A stretch of DNA of 55,323 nucleotides, the filler included, from Sluysia triapertura (Eukaryota), in NCBI GenBank assembly GCA_046118255.1. It is 4 parts of 4 records of this genome, joined end to end, with 100 filler letters (N's around TTAATTAATTAA, not from the genome) between each part and the next. Parts side by side here need not be neighbours in the genome. Positions count along the whole stretch, not along the records: positions 1 to 18,069 come from JBJNIA010181915.1; 3 more parts are not named here. One strand, 5' to 3'. Positions 1 through 13,659 of the stretch are shown in pieces (position 1 is the stretch's first letter; every line of letters begins with the position of its first letter). Below the pieces are notes generated by a model. The model made no database searches. It saw nothing but the letters and a program-made list of their open reading frames with translations, and was not told the DNA's origin. Position numbers and translations under genes: made by a program.

Positions 1-560
1 AGTTAAAGTTAAGTTTCCTAATATATTAGAATGTACTAAACGTTCGTCTCACAACACCGAGATGAATAAACATCTCTCACATTTAATCGTATTACGGCCC
101 TCCATAGAAAGGTACACAATCCATACTTCTATAATTTTATTTTAATCCTTTAAAATGTTCGGACAGTGTATTTCAATGACATCTGTTTTGTGCTTGATGA
201 CATATGAAAAGGAGCAAATACAAAGCAGTTCATTGTGTGTGATTTAGATGACTCTAGCTTGTGGAGTAATATCGTTCAAAACCCAGTTAAACGTTGTGAA
301 ATTAATATTAATGATGTACGTGTAAATGATAATATCATTTTTGACAGATGATGTTAATTTGAATCAAGAATTATAATGGCATGTTTCTTTACAAAATATG
401 AATAAACCCAACAGAGAAAATCGTATAAGGAAAAATATCATGCAGGTGGTAGATATCATAGTTCAAGATATAATGAAAAGAGTTATCATAGTTCCGATTC
501 TTACAGATGTCATTCGCGAAGTAAAAGTCCATTTAAATCTACAAAATCGATTGGCAGCAC
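1..560 (+). pseudogene. Heavily decayed SR-protein (SRSF1/9-like) fragment: linker/RRM2 region plus RS-like tail
   Basis: Manual translation gives YGPP*KGT at 93-116 (cf. SRSF1 YGPPSRRS) and GGRYHSSRYNEKSYHSSDSYRCHSRSKSP at ~445-531; many stops and frameshifts. Confidence 0.35.
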
Positions 561-742
561 TGCCTTAAGAGCAATCGAATCGTTTATTTATATTTTGTAT
601 ATTATTATTATATATTTTATATTATTATTATAAAATAATATATAAAAATATAATATATATATTTGTTCCTCAAAATTACCTTTACTTATGTAGTATTGTA
701 GGGTTATACATAACACATATAAAATAATATCGTACCTCTTAA

Positions 743-760
743 ATATATATATATATATAT
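743..760. repeat. (TA)n microsatellite
   Basis: Direct reading. Confidence 0.9.
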
Positions 761-949
761 ACCCAATCAATCAAAACGATCCAATACACAATAAAAAACG
801 AACCAATTAATTAACAGCAAATACAAATTCAATTAATATCACTCTAATCAATCAGCACGAATAAACAAGTAAACCATGTATTCCTCTCCCGAGTGAGTTG
901 GAAGTGATTTACTCAATTCATTTGCGTTAAAATAAATACAAATTTTAGT

Positions 950-1650
950 AAAGTAGATTTAAAACTGATGTTTGTATGCATGAAGGAAATTTGTGATAAT
1001 CGATTGTAAATTCCTATAATACTTATCGTAAAAATTCGCAACATAGATGAAGAGGAATTCAAAAAAATTCTTTTTCACAGTTTCCAGATGTGGAACTATG
1101 AAACCGGTATCACCAGTCTCGTTCATTGTGAATATGAGTCATATTCGGAATTTTAGTAATATTACCCATAAACGAAAATATTCCGAGAAATCGATGAGAA
1201 ATAAATCAACAGAATCTCATAATTATGGTGGCGATTTATTTTAATAATCATAAATTATTTTGTTACAAATTTCCATTTACAATTCGTCAGTTTCGATTTG
1301 ATTGTATATTATTTTTATTTCGAAAAAAGAATGACTCACTAATTATACGATCCAATTTTATGTAAATATACAATAACTAACTGTCTATTACAAATCCTTT
1401 GTCAAATTCTATAAAAGTTTCATTTTTCGATTTATTTTTACCATATGCACCTCGCAAAAGATCTAAAACAAAGTAAAATTAAATTCAATTATCACAAGAT
1501 ACAAGATTTATTTAACCTTAAAAATGTTGGCCTTGTACAAATATTTATAATAAAAACTTTATCTGCTCGTGTCATTACTAATAAACAAAAAGTGCTCCAT
1601 ATCCTTATGTTAGATGGAAATTGATTGGATAAAAACACCCTATCAAAGTG
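950..1650 (+). pseudogene. Decayed CCCH-finger-like plus RRM-like coding remnant
   Basis: RFKTDVCMHEGN/CDN/DCKFL* at 955-1019 (with frameshifts) resembles a CCCH finger. PFT/FVSFD (~1274), PYAPRKRSK (1441) and QDLFNLKNVGLV...LDGN (1502-1621) resemble SR-type RRMs. Confidence 0.25.
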
Positions 1651-4600
1651 GTTCAAATAATTTTATAAACAATGATATCATAAAAGTTGAACTGTTACAG
1701 TAAAAATACTAAACTCCTTTTAATTACTGTGCTGAGTGTGAGAAATACTTCTCAAACAACTTAGCAAAAACATGTGAATCTACAAAATTAAATATTGATT
1801 TTAGCATTAATGCACATCAATGTTAATAGCTGAGGAGCACAATTTCATTGATGAAAAACTGTATCTTGAAACAGTAAATAAATAAAACAGACTACACAAA
1901 GTGGTTGTAGATTCATTACGATAAGATTTGCTACGTTTTCTTTTCGTACTCGACAATGAAATAAAGACTTTTTAAGAAATGAAATACATTTTTGTTGATA
2001 AAGAAAATTATTAAAATTATTATTATTATTATATTGAATAAAAACGAATAAATTACTGTACCATAATTTCAATGTTACTAAACATAAAATATCTTACAAA
2101 TCATCAAATAATGAGGCGCTTTTTCTATAACAATTTTTTGTTCGACATTTGGATGTTCACAACATTGAGAATTCTAAAATATTATATTGTGATTATTATT
2201 ATTAAATTGAATGAATAATTTAATCTGTTTTAAAACTTTTTAAAATTGATTGATGAAAATACATTCTCTGTTTTATTATTTGGGTTAACTTTACAAGGTC
2301 GCATTAAATTTCTTTATTTCATTACAATTAAATATCGTTTAGATCATTTAGATTGTTTGTCAACTATCATTTTGTGTAAGTTCTGTCAATCGAATGGGAT
2401 TATAATCAGTTTTTTAAATGGAAGTGCACATTTCAGTAGTTAAATAAGTTAAAATCTCAAATTCCTGTGCACGGAAATACACAAATACACAAAGGTATAT
2501 TTGAGAAGACAGTAAACTATACTTAATAACCAAAGAGAATGATTTTAAAATAATATTGAATTTTCTTTTAAATTTAATCAACATAGTAACAATTTAACTA
2601 AACTCAAGTAATAACTTCAATTGTAATAAAAGTCTCAAATTAATTTAAATAATAATTATATCAATTTTATTATAAGTGATAGAGTATTTTCCACTGCTAT
2701 TATACTATGGCCAATAAATTATTCAATTGTATTCTATAATAATTTTCTATTTTAAATTTCAATGATGAACTTTCAATTTACTTCTGTAGTTAAAATATTA
2801 TTTGTATTATCGCGATACTATGAACAATTTCATCGATATGTGGATTAATTTTCTTCTACAATAAATGTTTAGCTACATAATAATTGACTTATACTTACAT
2901 ATATAAATTCATCTACACATTTGTGTGTGTGCTTTTCAATTCTATTTTAACAAAATCATCGTACTTCTATCTAATCCGGAATATGCTAGGCTGATAATTA
3001 AGTGCGGTCTGTTTTTTGCATTCTATTTTTCCTTTCTTTAATTTACTTCTTAAATTAAGTTCATTTTTAAATAATTATTTTCTTAATTTCATAACTTTTA
3101 AGCTGTTATTTTTAAGCTACTCAGATACTAAGATACATTGTTTCGATTGTATAAAGATCTATTTAAATTATAAATTTATTCTGTTATTATTAATTAATTA
3201 ATTAATACTTCTATAAAAATGAAATTAAATATTATGAAAATAAATACAACGGTACACAAAGTATTTATGACATTAAGTTGTAAGATTAATTTAAACAATT
3301 ATTTATTAAATATTTATTAATTATTTATTAAATATTTATTAATTATTTATTAATTTTACCAAATTTATGATATATTTTAACGTTTAACATCTTTATTTAC
3401 TGATTTTAGTTTATAAAGTTAAGATAATCTATCACTCGAAAATCTGTCTCACAAAATTATCATCCGACTATAGTTTATCGTGCTTATTTTAAACTTGATT
3501 GTCAAAGAAATAAGTACTCAATCAGAGTATGAATCCGAGTTTTTTCTTTATAATGACAAAAGATAAATTAAATTTCATTTAAACGATCAAACAGCTTCAC
3601 ATTTGTCACACTGAACCTTTTTGTGTCTTAGTTTAATTATTAACTATGTGAAAATATTTTATTTGATATTATTTTAGTTTATATTGTAAAGTTATACTAA
3701 ACGTCGTATTCCTGAAAATGTTCACAAATAGGTGGAATTTGTAAATCATCAAAGAACTAAATATACAGAATTTATCAAAAGTGTGCATTAATGTGCAAAA
3801 TTCTGATGTTTTGTACTATTTTTCTGTTCAGATTCGTAGCTAATAAATATCCAATTTTATCATACAAGACCTTTTATATAGTCAATCTCCCATTACTCAA
3901 TATTTCACTCTCTAACCAATGCATTTCTAAGTTAAATCTTCTGTAATGAATTTTATACTGTGGTTACACGGCCAATTTTCTCTACATTATATTTTGGCAA
4001 TATATTTTTACCAAACATCATTTTTTCATGCTAATGTTTATTTATTCATATCCGCCTTGCTAGTTAGTACTTGTTTATGACTATTAGTATTCATTTTTTA
4101 CAGGATTTTTCACGATTTATTGACGTCTACATTTGATTCGTAATATTTTTTAAATGCTAATTAATTCTGCCTCTTTCTTCACATTGGTTTCTGGCTTCTG
4201 CTTCTATTTAGAGATGTTTCTTGATACTTTCTGATGCTTGTGAAGATATTTTTTGAAGATTTTTAACAACTTTACGGTTATAACAAATATTCGTGGATAT
4301 TTATGTATTATAAAGTGTAATATTAATATTTATATATAATTTATTTTAAAAATTTTCTTATATTTTATATTGTTATTTACAAAATTTACACTGTTTATTC
4401 TTACAAAATTATTAGCACTAAAAATTCAAGTGCAAACAATACACACAACTTCTTAGATTAATCTGTTTTACGATATGTTTAAACATTCGAATCTAAAGTT
4501 CATCAGTCTTAGTAATTCTGTTCTAAGAAATGATGTTCAAATAAATTTTTATCAGATGTATTTTCAAAAAATTTAATCAATGTTATTTTGAGAAAAGAAA

Positions 4601-4680
4601 TATTTACTTACAATTAAATGTCTTGAATATAAGTAATTACATACACAATCATCTAGAGTAGCGGATTTATTCTGCAATTA

Positions 4681-4684
<4 letters not shown>

Positions 4685-4733
<49 letters not shown>

Positions 4734-4745
4734 TAATAATAATAA
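4685..4745. repeat. (TAA)n microsatellite
   Basis: Direct reading. Confidence 0.9.
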
Positions 4746-5028
4746 CCCTTCTTATATGTAGATTATATAATTTATATTATGTATGATAATACTTATAATC
4801 ATACAAATTATAAGATTCATTTATTATAATTAAAAATCTATTTTAATATATCACTGTATGTGCGACGTTTTAAAATATCGTGATATTATAATTGAAATAT
4901 TAATAAAGAATGCACAGTAATAATAAAATTACGAAATACTTATGAAATCAAAGTTATTTTTTGGAAATAGTATAATGAATGTTGTATTTATAGCATGTTT
5001 TATCAATTACTATCATTATTATTATTAA

Positions 5029-5029
<1 letters not shown>

Positions 5030-5082
<53 letters not shown>

Positions 5083-5083
5083 T
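5030..5083. repeat. (ATT)n microsatellite
   Basis: Direct reading. Confidence 0.9.
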
Positions 5084-5959
5084 ATCAAAATAAATATACT
5101 ACTTTTAAATATCAATAAATAAAAATTTCAAAAGAACTTTTAAATTAAGCCACTTTGGAATATTTATTCATTTTTATAATATTTCAGAAAAAGAAATTAC
5201 AAAAATTAATTTATAAATAGTTCTAATAGTAATTATTTCGATTTTTATCCTCACTTTCTTCATTCTACCTTCGTGTTTTATCTAGTACAACTCAATATTT
5301 TGAATTTGTGGTTTACTTTCTGGTCGACCTCATAATATTATCAATGCGAGTCATAATAAAGGGAAAAGTTATATAGTAATCTGTGATCACCATTTTATCA
5401 AATGTATAATTTAGTATAATTAATATTTAATATAAATATCATTATAATATATAAAATTTCAATAATCATTTAATAATAGAAATAAACGATTTTAGTTTAT
5501 TTTCATTGGTAAATGATGCAATATGATGGATAAACTCCTGAGATATAAAAGTCATTTATGTTCGCATTAATACATTGTGTGCCTCTTGTAACAAAATTAC
5601 TGCTTTAGCCATCATTTCTCGACTTAAATCTAATCTTATTGTTTTATTACTCACATTAAGACTAGAATATGAAAATGAAGTACTCAGAAGCATAATGTCA
5701 TCATCGTATTCGCACAATGTGGTTAATTGCAAATTGTCCATAATTTCGTTATTAATAAATACCGTATTCGTCATAGCGTGTTCTCTAGTAACGGTGATGC
5801 CATTATATGGAAACCTTGATAATTTACTACAAATGGTTTGTGCATAGAGATCCATGACTACTGTGGAAAGAACGAGGATCTAATTAGAAAATCCAATTTT
5901 ATGTCAAGCATTTTGTCCAGATATTAGCTACATAAGCTTTATGGTTGCAGTAAATTAAA

Positions 5960-6740
5960 TTATCTTAATATCATTTATTGAAACAGAAAATAGTTTATCG
6001 CACTTCTGCAGTTAGACCAGATGTTAAACATTTCATATCTTTTCATTGGCTCATAATAATGACTTGCAAACTTGTTGAAAAACTGTCAATTTCGATTCCA
6101 TTAACATCTGTTCATCTATATCTTCGGCAACAGCCCAAATTAAACTTTGTTGAAACTCTGCAAGACTTTTAAATGATTGTGGATCCCTACGCGGAAAGTA
6201 TGAAAGATGACAAAGATTTGCACTGGCTCCAACACCAGAAGCACCATCAATTTATCGAACTTCTCACAGCAAATATGATAAAAACGTGACAATGCACAAC
6301 ATCAGTACAACAAGTTGACAAAATAGCAGTAGAAGGTAAAATAACACGAGATTTTATAGAAATGATAAGTCGACTTGTAAAGATTTTCATTTATCATAAC
6401 TGTTTGCTGGAATATTACTTGTAAACCTGTTAATTAGTGGTAATGTACTTTCTACAGCATCTTCCAGATTTTGATTAAGTACTGTAATCGCGGGACAACA
6501 TTCCATGACAATTCGTCTTTTAAATAACCCTTAAATACCGCCCATGTATCTCGTATACAAGTTATAATCAAATGTCATACATCCCACATAACTCGTGTTG
6601 CGCTGAAACTAACCGCAAAACCAGTGCCGCTTCTCATCAAATATAAACAAGAGTATTTAAATAAGAAATTTGTTTTTATCCATTAGATCAGCCGCGACTT
6701 TCCCAGAGTTAAAATGATGTCTTTCAATTCCATTAAAACA
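5960..6740 (-). pseudogene. PITRM1: Presequence protease (pitrilysin M16C, PreP) C-terminal pseudogene fragment
   Basis: Minus strand 6250-6055 reads IDGASGVGASANLCHLSYFPRRDPQSFKSLAEFQQSLIWAVAEDIDEQMLMESKLTVFQQV, matching PreP KGGAYGGGA...FYSYRDP...FGKAVDWA...IDEAKLSVFSTVD. It continues KDMKCLTSGLTAEVR (cf. KGMDHFLYGLSDEMK). Stops and frameshifts throughout. Confidence 0.7.
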
Positions 6741-8089
6741 TTCATTAAAATTTTATGAAATATTTTAAATACATTTTTTATGCTTACACAAACTGCGCAT
6801 AACTTTTCAGTGCTATTTATTGACCAAATAAATATTTTTTGAAAATACCTTTCCCAAATGTATTTTGCGAACCTTTATATTTAATAGTTAGATTAACTAA
6901 TGATTGAGTGCTTTGTATTACATAAATTAATTTAAATCACACTCAGTTAATTTAATTATGATTCTGATATAAAGATTTATTAACATTGTTATTATGGATA
7001 TATTTACTGAAATTTTGATTATTTATCGCATTTTCAAAACGATAATGTTAGAAAATGAAATATAAAATTTAAACAAACATTAATTATAGAAAGTGGTAAC
7101 GATAGAAATGATTGTGTTTCGTTTAAAATTATTTTTTCACACGAAGTACATTTAAACGAAAATGTTTGACGACCAAGAAATAGATCTAAAATAAAAAAGT
7201 ATAAATTGTTTAATTTATAAAAATTTAACTTATTACAAATATATCATAACAAAACAATTGCAAACAAATTGTCATTCATAAAGATGACTTTTATAATTCT
7301 GAAACACTTCAGATGCTGAAACGATCAGAATTGTTTAACAATGACAACTTTATATTTCCACTTAATTTAAATGTGATTGGATAACTTCATTTAACCAAAC
7401 ACATAAAATATGTTCTGTAGTAAAAATAAAATAAAAATTTTAAATTGATATCCGTGCAATACATGTAAACTAAATAATAATAATGATAATAATAATATAT
7501 TTATAATAATAATATCCAACAGTTGTGATAATATCGATGATGGTAGTAATAATAATGTAGATTCAAATGTAGTTATAATATCTAGTATAGAAATAATGTT
7601 TATTATAGAATTATGGATAGAAACAAGATTAAAAGAACAAAATTAATTTAAATTTCAATCGGCATTTCTATCTCTCATATCAGAGACAAGCAGACTCCGA
7701 TTTTCAGATAAAGATTGTTTATATTATTACATAAAGTATCGCGAAAGTTTATAATAAATTGAATTAAGTTTGAGTAATTCTAAAAGAATAAAAGTAAAAA
7801 ATTGTATTACAAATAATTTGAAAGTGAATTAGAGTTATTACTTATAAGCATTACGAGTTCAAATTAAGAAAAGATAAGCAGGTAGCAGTTTCATAACGTA
7901 ACAGTAAGTTTTTATTTCTAGTTATTTGAAATTTGTCCATTTTGTATTAAGATTAGGTTTCTTTAAATATTTAGTGATGTGCTCCAAAGAGACATTAGGA
8001 TAAAATAAACATTTTGTAAAAATCATTTAAAAAAGGATTACTTCATGAATTATAATTATCGTGGATTTTGACACTGATCTGTTTACATG

Positions 8090-8260
8090 ATTTTTAGTGA
8101 TATCTTTAAGTTCAGAAATGCTCTCTACTTTATTGATATATACTTGACTTTTCAAATAGTCACAAAAGTCCGATGAAGTCCAATCACAAGATCTTGCTGC
8201 TCAATCCAATCATACCTCTATTCATAAATATAAGACATGCCTTCTTTGCGACATATTTTT
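8090..8260 (-). mobile_element. Tc1/mariner transposase C-terminal fragment
   Basis: AARSCDWTSSDFCDYLKSQVYINKVESISELK matches the WPARSPDLTPLDFFLWGYLKSKVY...IEELK motif. Confidence 0.65.
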
Positions 8261-10916
8261 AATCATATCATTATATCGTTCTGCATTATTGACGAAAACA
8301 TCTTTAAAGAAAGATACCAATAATTCCTTCATGTTGCAAGCCACACCAAGTACATATTTACTACTGAAGTTATTACTCATCAATAATTTGAGTGTTTTCT
8401 TTAACCTATATAGAGTAATTGTGATGGTTAACACAATTTTAACAAAGCAAACGATGTTTCTTTGATAGAGCTTCGATTGTAGGTAGTATGTTTTAGTTAT
8501 TTCTATACGTGGTTAGAACAGAAATTATACGGCAGGGAACAATATTTAAAAATGCAGAAAAAGCTATAATAAGACATAATATCATTATCTTCATAATACA
8601 ATATATTATTTTAAAGTACAAACTATTATTTTGAATATTTTAATAACTATATTATCGACACAGATCTTTTTTATTCATTTTGTTCGAATTATCAGTTTAT
8701 CTCAAGAAACAAATGATATATTTCAAATTTTATTATATTATGCAGTCTTAGATATTATAACATCAATTCAAGTAAATTAGAAGAGTTTAGTTAAATTTAG
8801 TTTCACTTAAAAGCAGTTTAAAAATTGTTGACTGCATTTTTACATAAAAATTGTTTTAGTACCTATAGTGACGAAGAGAAAGCAATTTAGTGAAGAAGTA
8901 CATAAAGAATTCTTGTTTATAGTGAGAAGGATATTCGCAAGTCAAAATTGCTAAAAAGATGAAGTATTTCTTTACGATTTTTTTTAAAATTTATTGTGTT
9001 ATAAAATGTGTTATATTTTTAATTAATATTTTTGGCCTGTGAAGGAAAGATTTTTAAGAAATAATTTTGTAAATAATTTATGCAATTACATTAAATAATT
9101 TATTGAAATATTTATGTGAATAATTTTTATTAAGTATTTAAGTTTATAATATTTTTATTTGTACAAAAAATAATTAATTGTTTCAATTTAATTAAATGTT
9201 TAAATTAACTATATATAGACTATAAATATAAACTATAAATAAACTATAAATAGACTTCGCTTACAATAAATTATTTTAATGTCATTTGACTTAGTGACAA
9301 TGTAATTATTGATTAACTTGTTCTAATTAAATTCTGCGTACAAATTAGGTTGGTTGACAACATAAATATTTGATTTTGATCAAGGAAAAACACTCGTTAG
9401 CTTTGTATAATACGTTTTTTAGCAATATTTATTTGCACAGTAAATTACTACGTAAAATACTAAATTTAATTATTTGATTATCGTTTAATGGGATAACATT
9501 TATTAAAATTAAATTTATAAAAGATTATTAAGAGAGAATAATTATAAAATAATTTATTTATATTATTTGATTTCTGTTGTAAAATTTTACTTCTCTTTTA
9601 TTATTAATGCATCTCTCCAATTATTCAGTTTTTGTATATATATTCAGTTTATATGTATTCAGTTTAATTTTTAGAACTTAATCATTGATAAAGCAACAAT
9701 TGATAATAGAAATTCAGACAAACTAAATTAAAATATTTTCGACGATTCTGTTTAATAAAGAATCATTAAAAACTATTACATTAATAAAATCCGTACGTAA
9801 AATAGAATTCTTAGAGGTTCTGTTTACCAAAGAACCTTAGAAAAATCTCATTATAGTCCGGTTCTATTTAACATAATCGTAATAAACTTTGTTATTAAAA
9901 GTTAAATTTCCTTTAAAAGCGAAAATTTACTGAAATAACCTTTTTAAATTTTTTTGTACAAGTGACCTTGAATTTTTTATTAAGTACAGAATTAAATGAA
10001 TCTTCACGTTTCACTTATGTAGTATTAAGACATAAATGGCAAAAACAAATTTAAATTAACATTCAGTACGTTTCACGGCCTACTCTTCTTTAAAATCGTA
10101 ACTCGTAAGACTATGATCATTGCTGGACTCGCTCAATATTAAGCATTTTATTGTTCACTTTACTCCATACAATATATCCACAAATTTATACCCTGATACA
10201 AACGTTTTGCATTATTGTCGTTAAAAAACTTAAATCCTAGAAACACTTCTAAATATAATGTAGTATTATGAAAATATATATTTTATTATTTTTGCACATA
10301 CTTATCAGAAAATATTCAATATGTTGAATTTTATTCTAAAGTTTTAATGACTCTGGTGAATTTTGTGAATTATCTTTACTCCAATATATTATAAAACTTG
10401 ATTAACCTTTAGTGTACGAATGTTAGACATATCCTACATTTAAATTAATGGTCAAAATAGACTATCTAACATTTATAAATTTTTTTATTAATCACTATAG
10501 TAATATTTTTATGAATAAAAAATCGTCCCGGACACAGTAGAATTGTTCATAAAAATGATTTAAAATGGGTTTATAGCACACTTTGCAGTTTTTATAAATT
10601 TGTATAATTAGAAAAATTTATCAAAATTTATATTTTTTAATTTCTATTTATACAAATTCTGTGTGCATAATTAATTTTGTACTTTTTCATTACAATTAAT
10701 ATAGAAATATATTACAATATGAAATGTTTTTCATTAACAGTTTTAATTTCTCATTTTGTTTCGTCCAAAATGAAGAAAATTTATTTTCTGAATATGTTGA
10801 ATTCCAGACTTATTTTAGACACGATAAATAAATAAACAAATATTTACACATTTAATTAATTACTGAAATAATCATAACAATAAAATATATAAATAAATAA
10901 TTATCAAAACACTTAC

Positions 10917-10951
10917 CGCATGCTTTAAGATACTCGGGATTATTTTGATTC
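10917..10951 (-). pseudogene. Probable downstream exon of the USP (pseudo)gene
   Basis: 35-nt exon with TATAG acceptor and GTAAGT donor, reading NQNNPEYLKAC. Joined to the next AG at ~10809 it gives NPEYLKACVWNS, similar to the USP 'P..LL..VW' helix. Confidence 0.35.
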
Positions 10952-12599
10952 CTATAACATATATGAAAAATAATAACTTTTTTACATAACAGTTTTGCTA
11001 CATATTACTTATTGATTTTTAATGATTTTGGCTAATATATTGTTTTAATTAATTCAAGTAATTGTTCTGTCATTAGAGCATAATATTATCAACAAATTTA
11101 ATGAATTAAAAATTGTTAGTATAAATTAATTTGTAAAGAAAATTTTATTTTTTATTTATTTTTCGATATTTGTCATTTAAATTTAGATAATTTTGATAGG
11201 ACGGATGTGGTGAAAAACAAAGTAAGACAATTCTCGATAAATGAATTTGAATGAAGTCGTTTTAACCATTTGAATTAATTCATAGAAATTTCATCGTTTA
11301 TGAAACAATTTTTAAGCCTCTATGGGCCGAATTTTTTCAGGTGGATGGTGCTACCAATCGTCATCAATATTGTTAATGGTTATTTCAGAGGCATTATATT
11401 ATTAAGATGTATGCATCATCTTGTGAAAAAACTAAAACTATGTGGATGTATTAGCTTGTGACCCTAAAGTTACATGGATCCACAGAGAGTTAAAGTGAAT
11501 AGCGTGTTATTCAACTAGTTTAACAAATCGCTTATTTTTTGTCATGTATTTATAAATTTTCATTGCGAAATTGACACAAGTCGGAATTTTAATATTTAAT
11601 TGTTTTATTTAATAAGTTCTTTTATTAAGGTACTTACAAAGTCATCACTAATGTTTTCATTGTGATATTTCATTTAAAACGGTTACATTAAAATTTATAT
11701 TTGATTTGTGCATGTGTTAAAAAATTTCTGACATCCGTTTGTAATTTTAATACTACACTATGAAAAAGAGAACAAATTTGACATGACAGATTATATCTGG
11801 AATTATTTAAAGCCTTTTCTGATACACATTGAATGTGGATATAAAACTTAATTTTAAAGTATAATAATCAGCAGTAAAATATAAAATTAATTTTAAAGAA
11901 TTAAATAACAAAAAATAACTTATTTAAATGTCGAAATGACGAAGCTAGCATTTGGAGAATATTTAAAAAACATTCATGAGCATCTCGGCTAAAAAATAAA
12001 CAATATTAATAAATAATTATAGATATAAATCAATAAACTAATCCATCTATGATATAAAAATCATGGAGAGAAAACAAAATGCAAAGGTACATAAATGATG
12101 TCAAGAGTCAATAATTTTAATCACGCAGCAAATTCACATTAATGTCTAAAATAGGTGCAAATTTTCAAAAGTAAAAAATATTCGGATCCCAAATCAATAA
12201 ACAAAAAGTTGCATAAAAAAATCTAAAACACACTAAAGTAATATTATATTAAATTTAGTAATCAAAAAATTGTGTATTTCCAAATTAAAATCGTTGATAT
12301 TATTCAGATTATGAATAAATGCAGCATTGATATTTTTACTTTACTAAAACTTGGATCAAGATTGCATAATTCATTATTTCCCTTAATTGGATATTTATTT
12401 TTTCATAAATTTCGAGAAGGATCTAACAATAATAGTATTTGATTGTAATAATAAACAATCAAGTAGGTGCTGAACTTGTTGACATTGTTAAATACCATTC
12501 ATTTGAGTATTTAGAATTAAACATTATCATCAATAATTCAATTAAAGAATTTTTAGATGAATTTTATTATTTTTTGGATATTGTTTTAGATACAAACAG

Positions 12600-13256
12600 A
12601 AAAAACATCGCATCACTCCAGCTATTATTAAAGATTTTTATAAATGGAGTTGAAAATTTTGATATTCTTTCCTTAGTCATACACTTTATACTTTGCTTTA
12701 TTTTTTTGTTTTAAATTACGTTCTGCATATTTCCATAAAATTAGTTCAGCTAATAATTATAGATTTAAGTTAATCAATTACATTAGATAATACATTAATC
12801 CGTTTTTTTATTACTTTGTTTTGTAGAATATTCTTTAATTTGTCTCTTACAGTACGATCAAATCGTTCAACTAATGCTGCTTTGTACTGACTAATGATAA
12901 ATGTCATCTTCTCTAGTACTTTTTTAACATCTTTATTGTAAAACTCTTTACCTAAGTCAGTTTGAAAATGTATAAGTTTGTTGATTTTAATTAATGTCAA
13001 TACTGCGTCACTTGCACATTTATATTCTTTTACTTAACTGATACTGCTCTTGCAAATCTTGAAAACACATTAACACTATATAAAATATGCGTAACCGTTA
13101 TTAATTTTTGAATATGGAATCATTTTCATTAAATCATTTGGTGCTCCTGTTTTATATTTATATGATGACAACTGTTTTCTCAACTATTGCGTCTTTTGCT
13201 TGCTTTTCTAATCCTACATAACTAGATGGATCTTTTGGAATGAACCATATTTCCAT
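12600..13256 (-). pseudogene. Maverick c-integrase (rve), decayed
   Basis: DLMKMIPYSKINNGYAY..VNVFSRFARAVSVK; HFQTDLGKEFYNKDV; KAALVERFDRTVRDKL; KYKV.D..RISKFSTPF...SWSD. These are the successive Maverick integrase motifs. Confidence 0.85.
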
Positions 13257-13659
13257 CGAAATTGTATTCGTTTTTGATCTTCCATTAAAACAATCACAAT
13301 TTATACTTTAATTTTATATTAGGTAAAATAGATAATACTGAACCAATTTTTCACCATTTTGTTTATTACAACACGTGATGCCTAAATCCATTATTAGATA
13401 TTTTACCATTTTTAAATCAATAAGTGGATGTTTGACATCAATAATGTTCTTTAACTTTTACTTTACCAAAAGTTATATCAACTAAATGAAGGAAATGATT
13501 TAAGTCTAGGATATTTTTGTTTTTTCACTAATGCATTAAATAACACAGTAAACTACATCCATATTTCATCCTTTTGAATTGTTTAAAGGTTTTAGTGTAC
13601 TAGGTTAAAGCTAGCCTTAATTAATTAATATCTTATTTAGTACATTATTTATAGTGCAT

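Noticed and set aside
1100-1145. IFTMNETG on the minus strand resembling a pogo DDE motif
   Set aside because: Isolated match with no other pogo motifs.
7294-7335. Minimal hammerhead-like CTGA...GAAACGATC hairpin
   Set aside because: Core reads CTGAAAC rather than CTGANGA and stem III is incomplete; cannot be supported.
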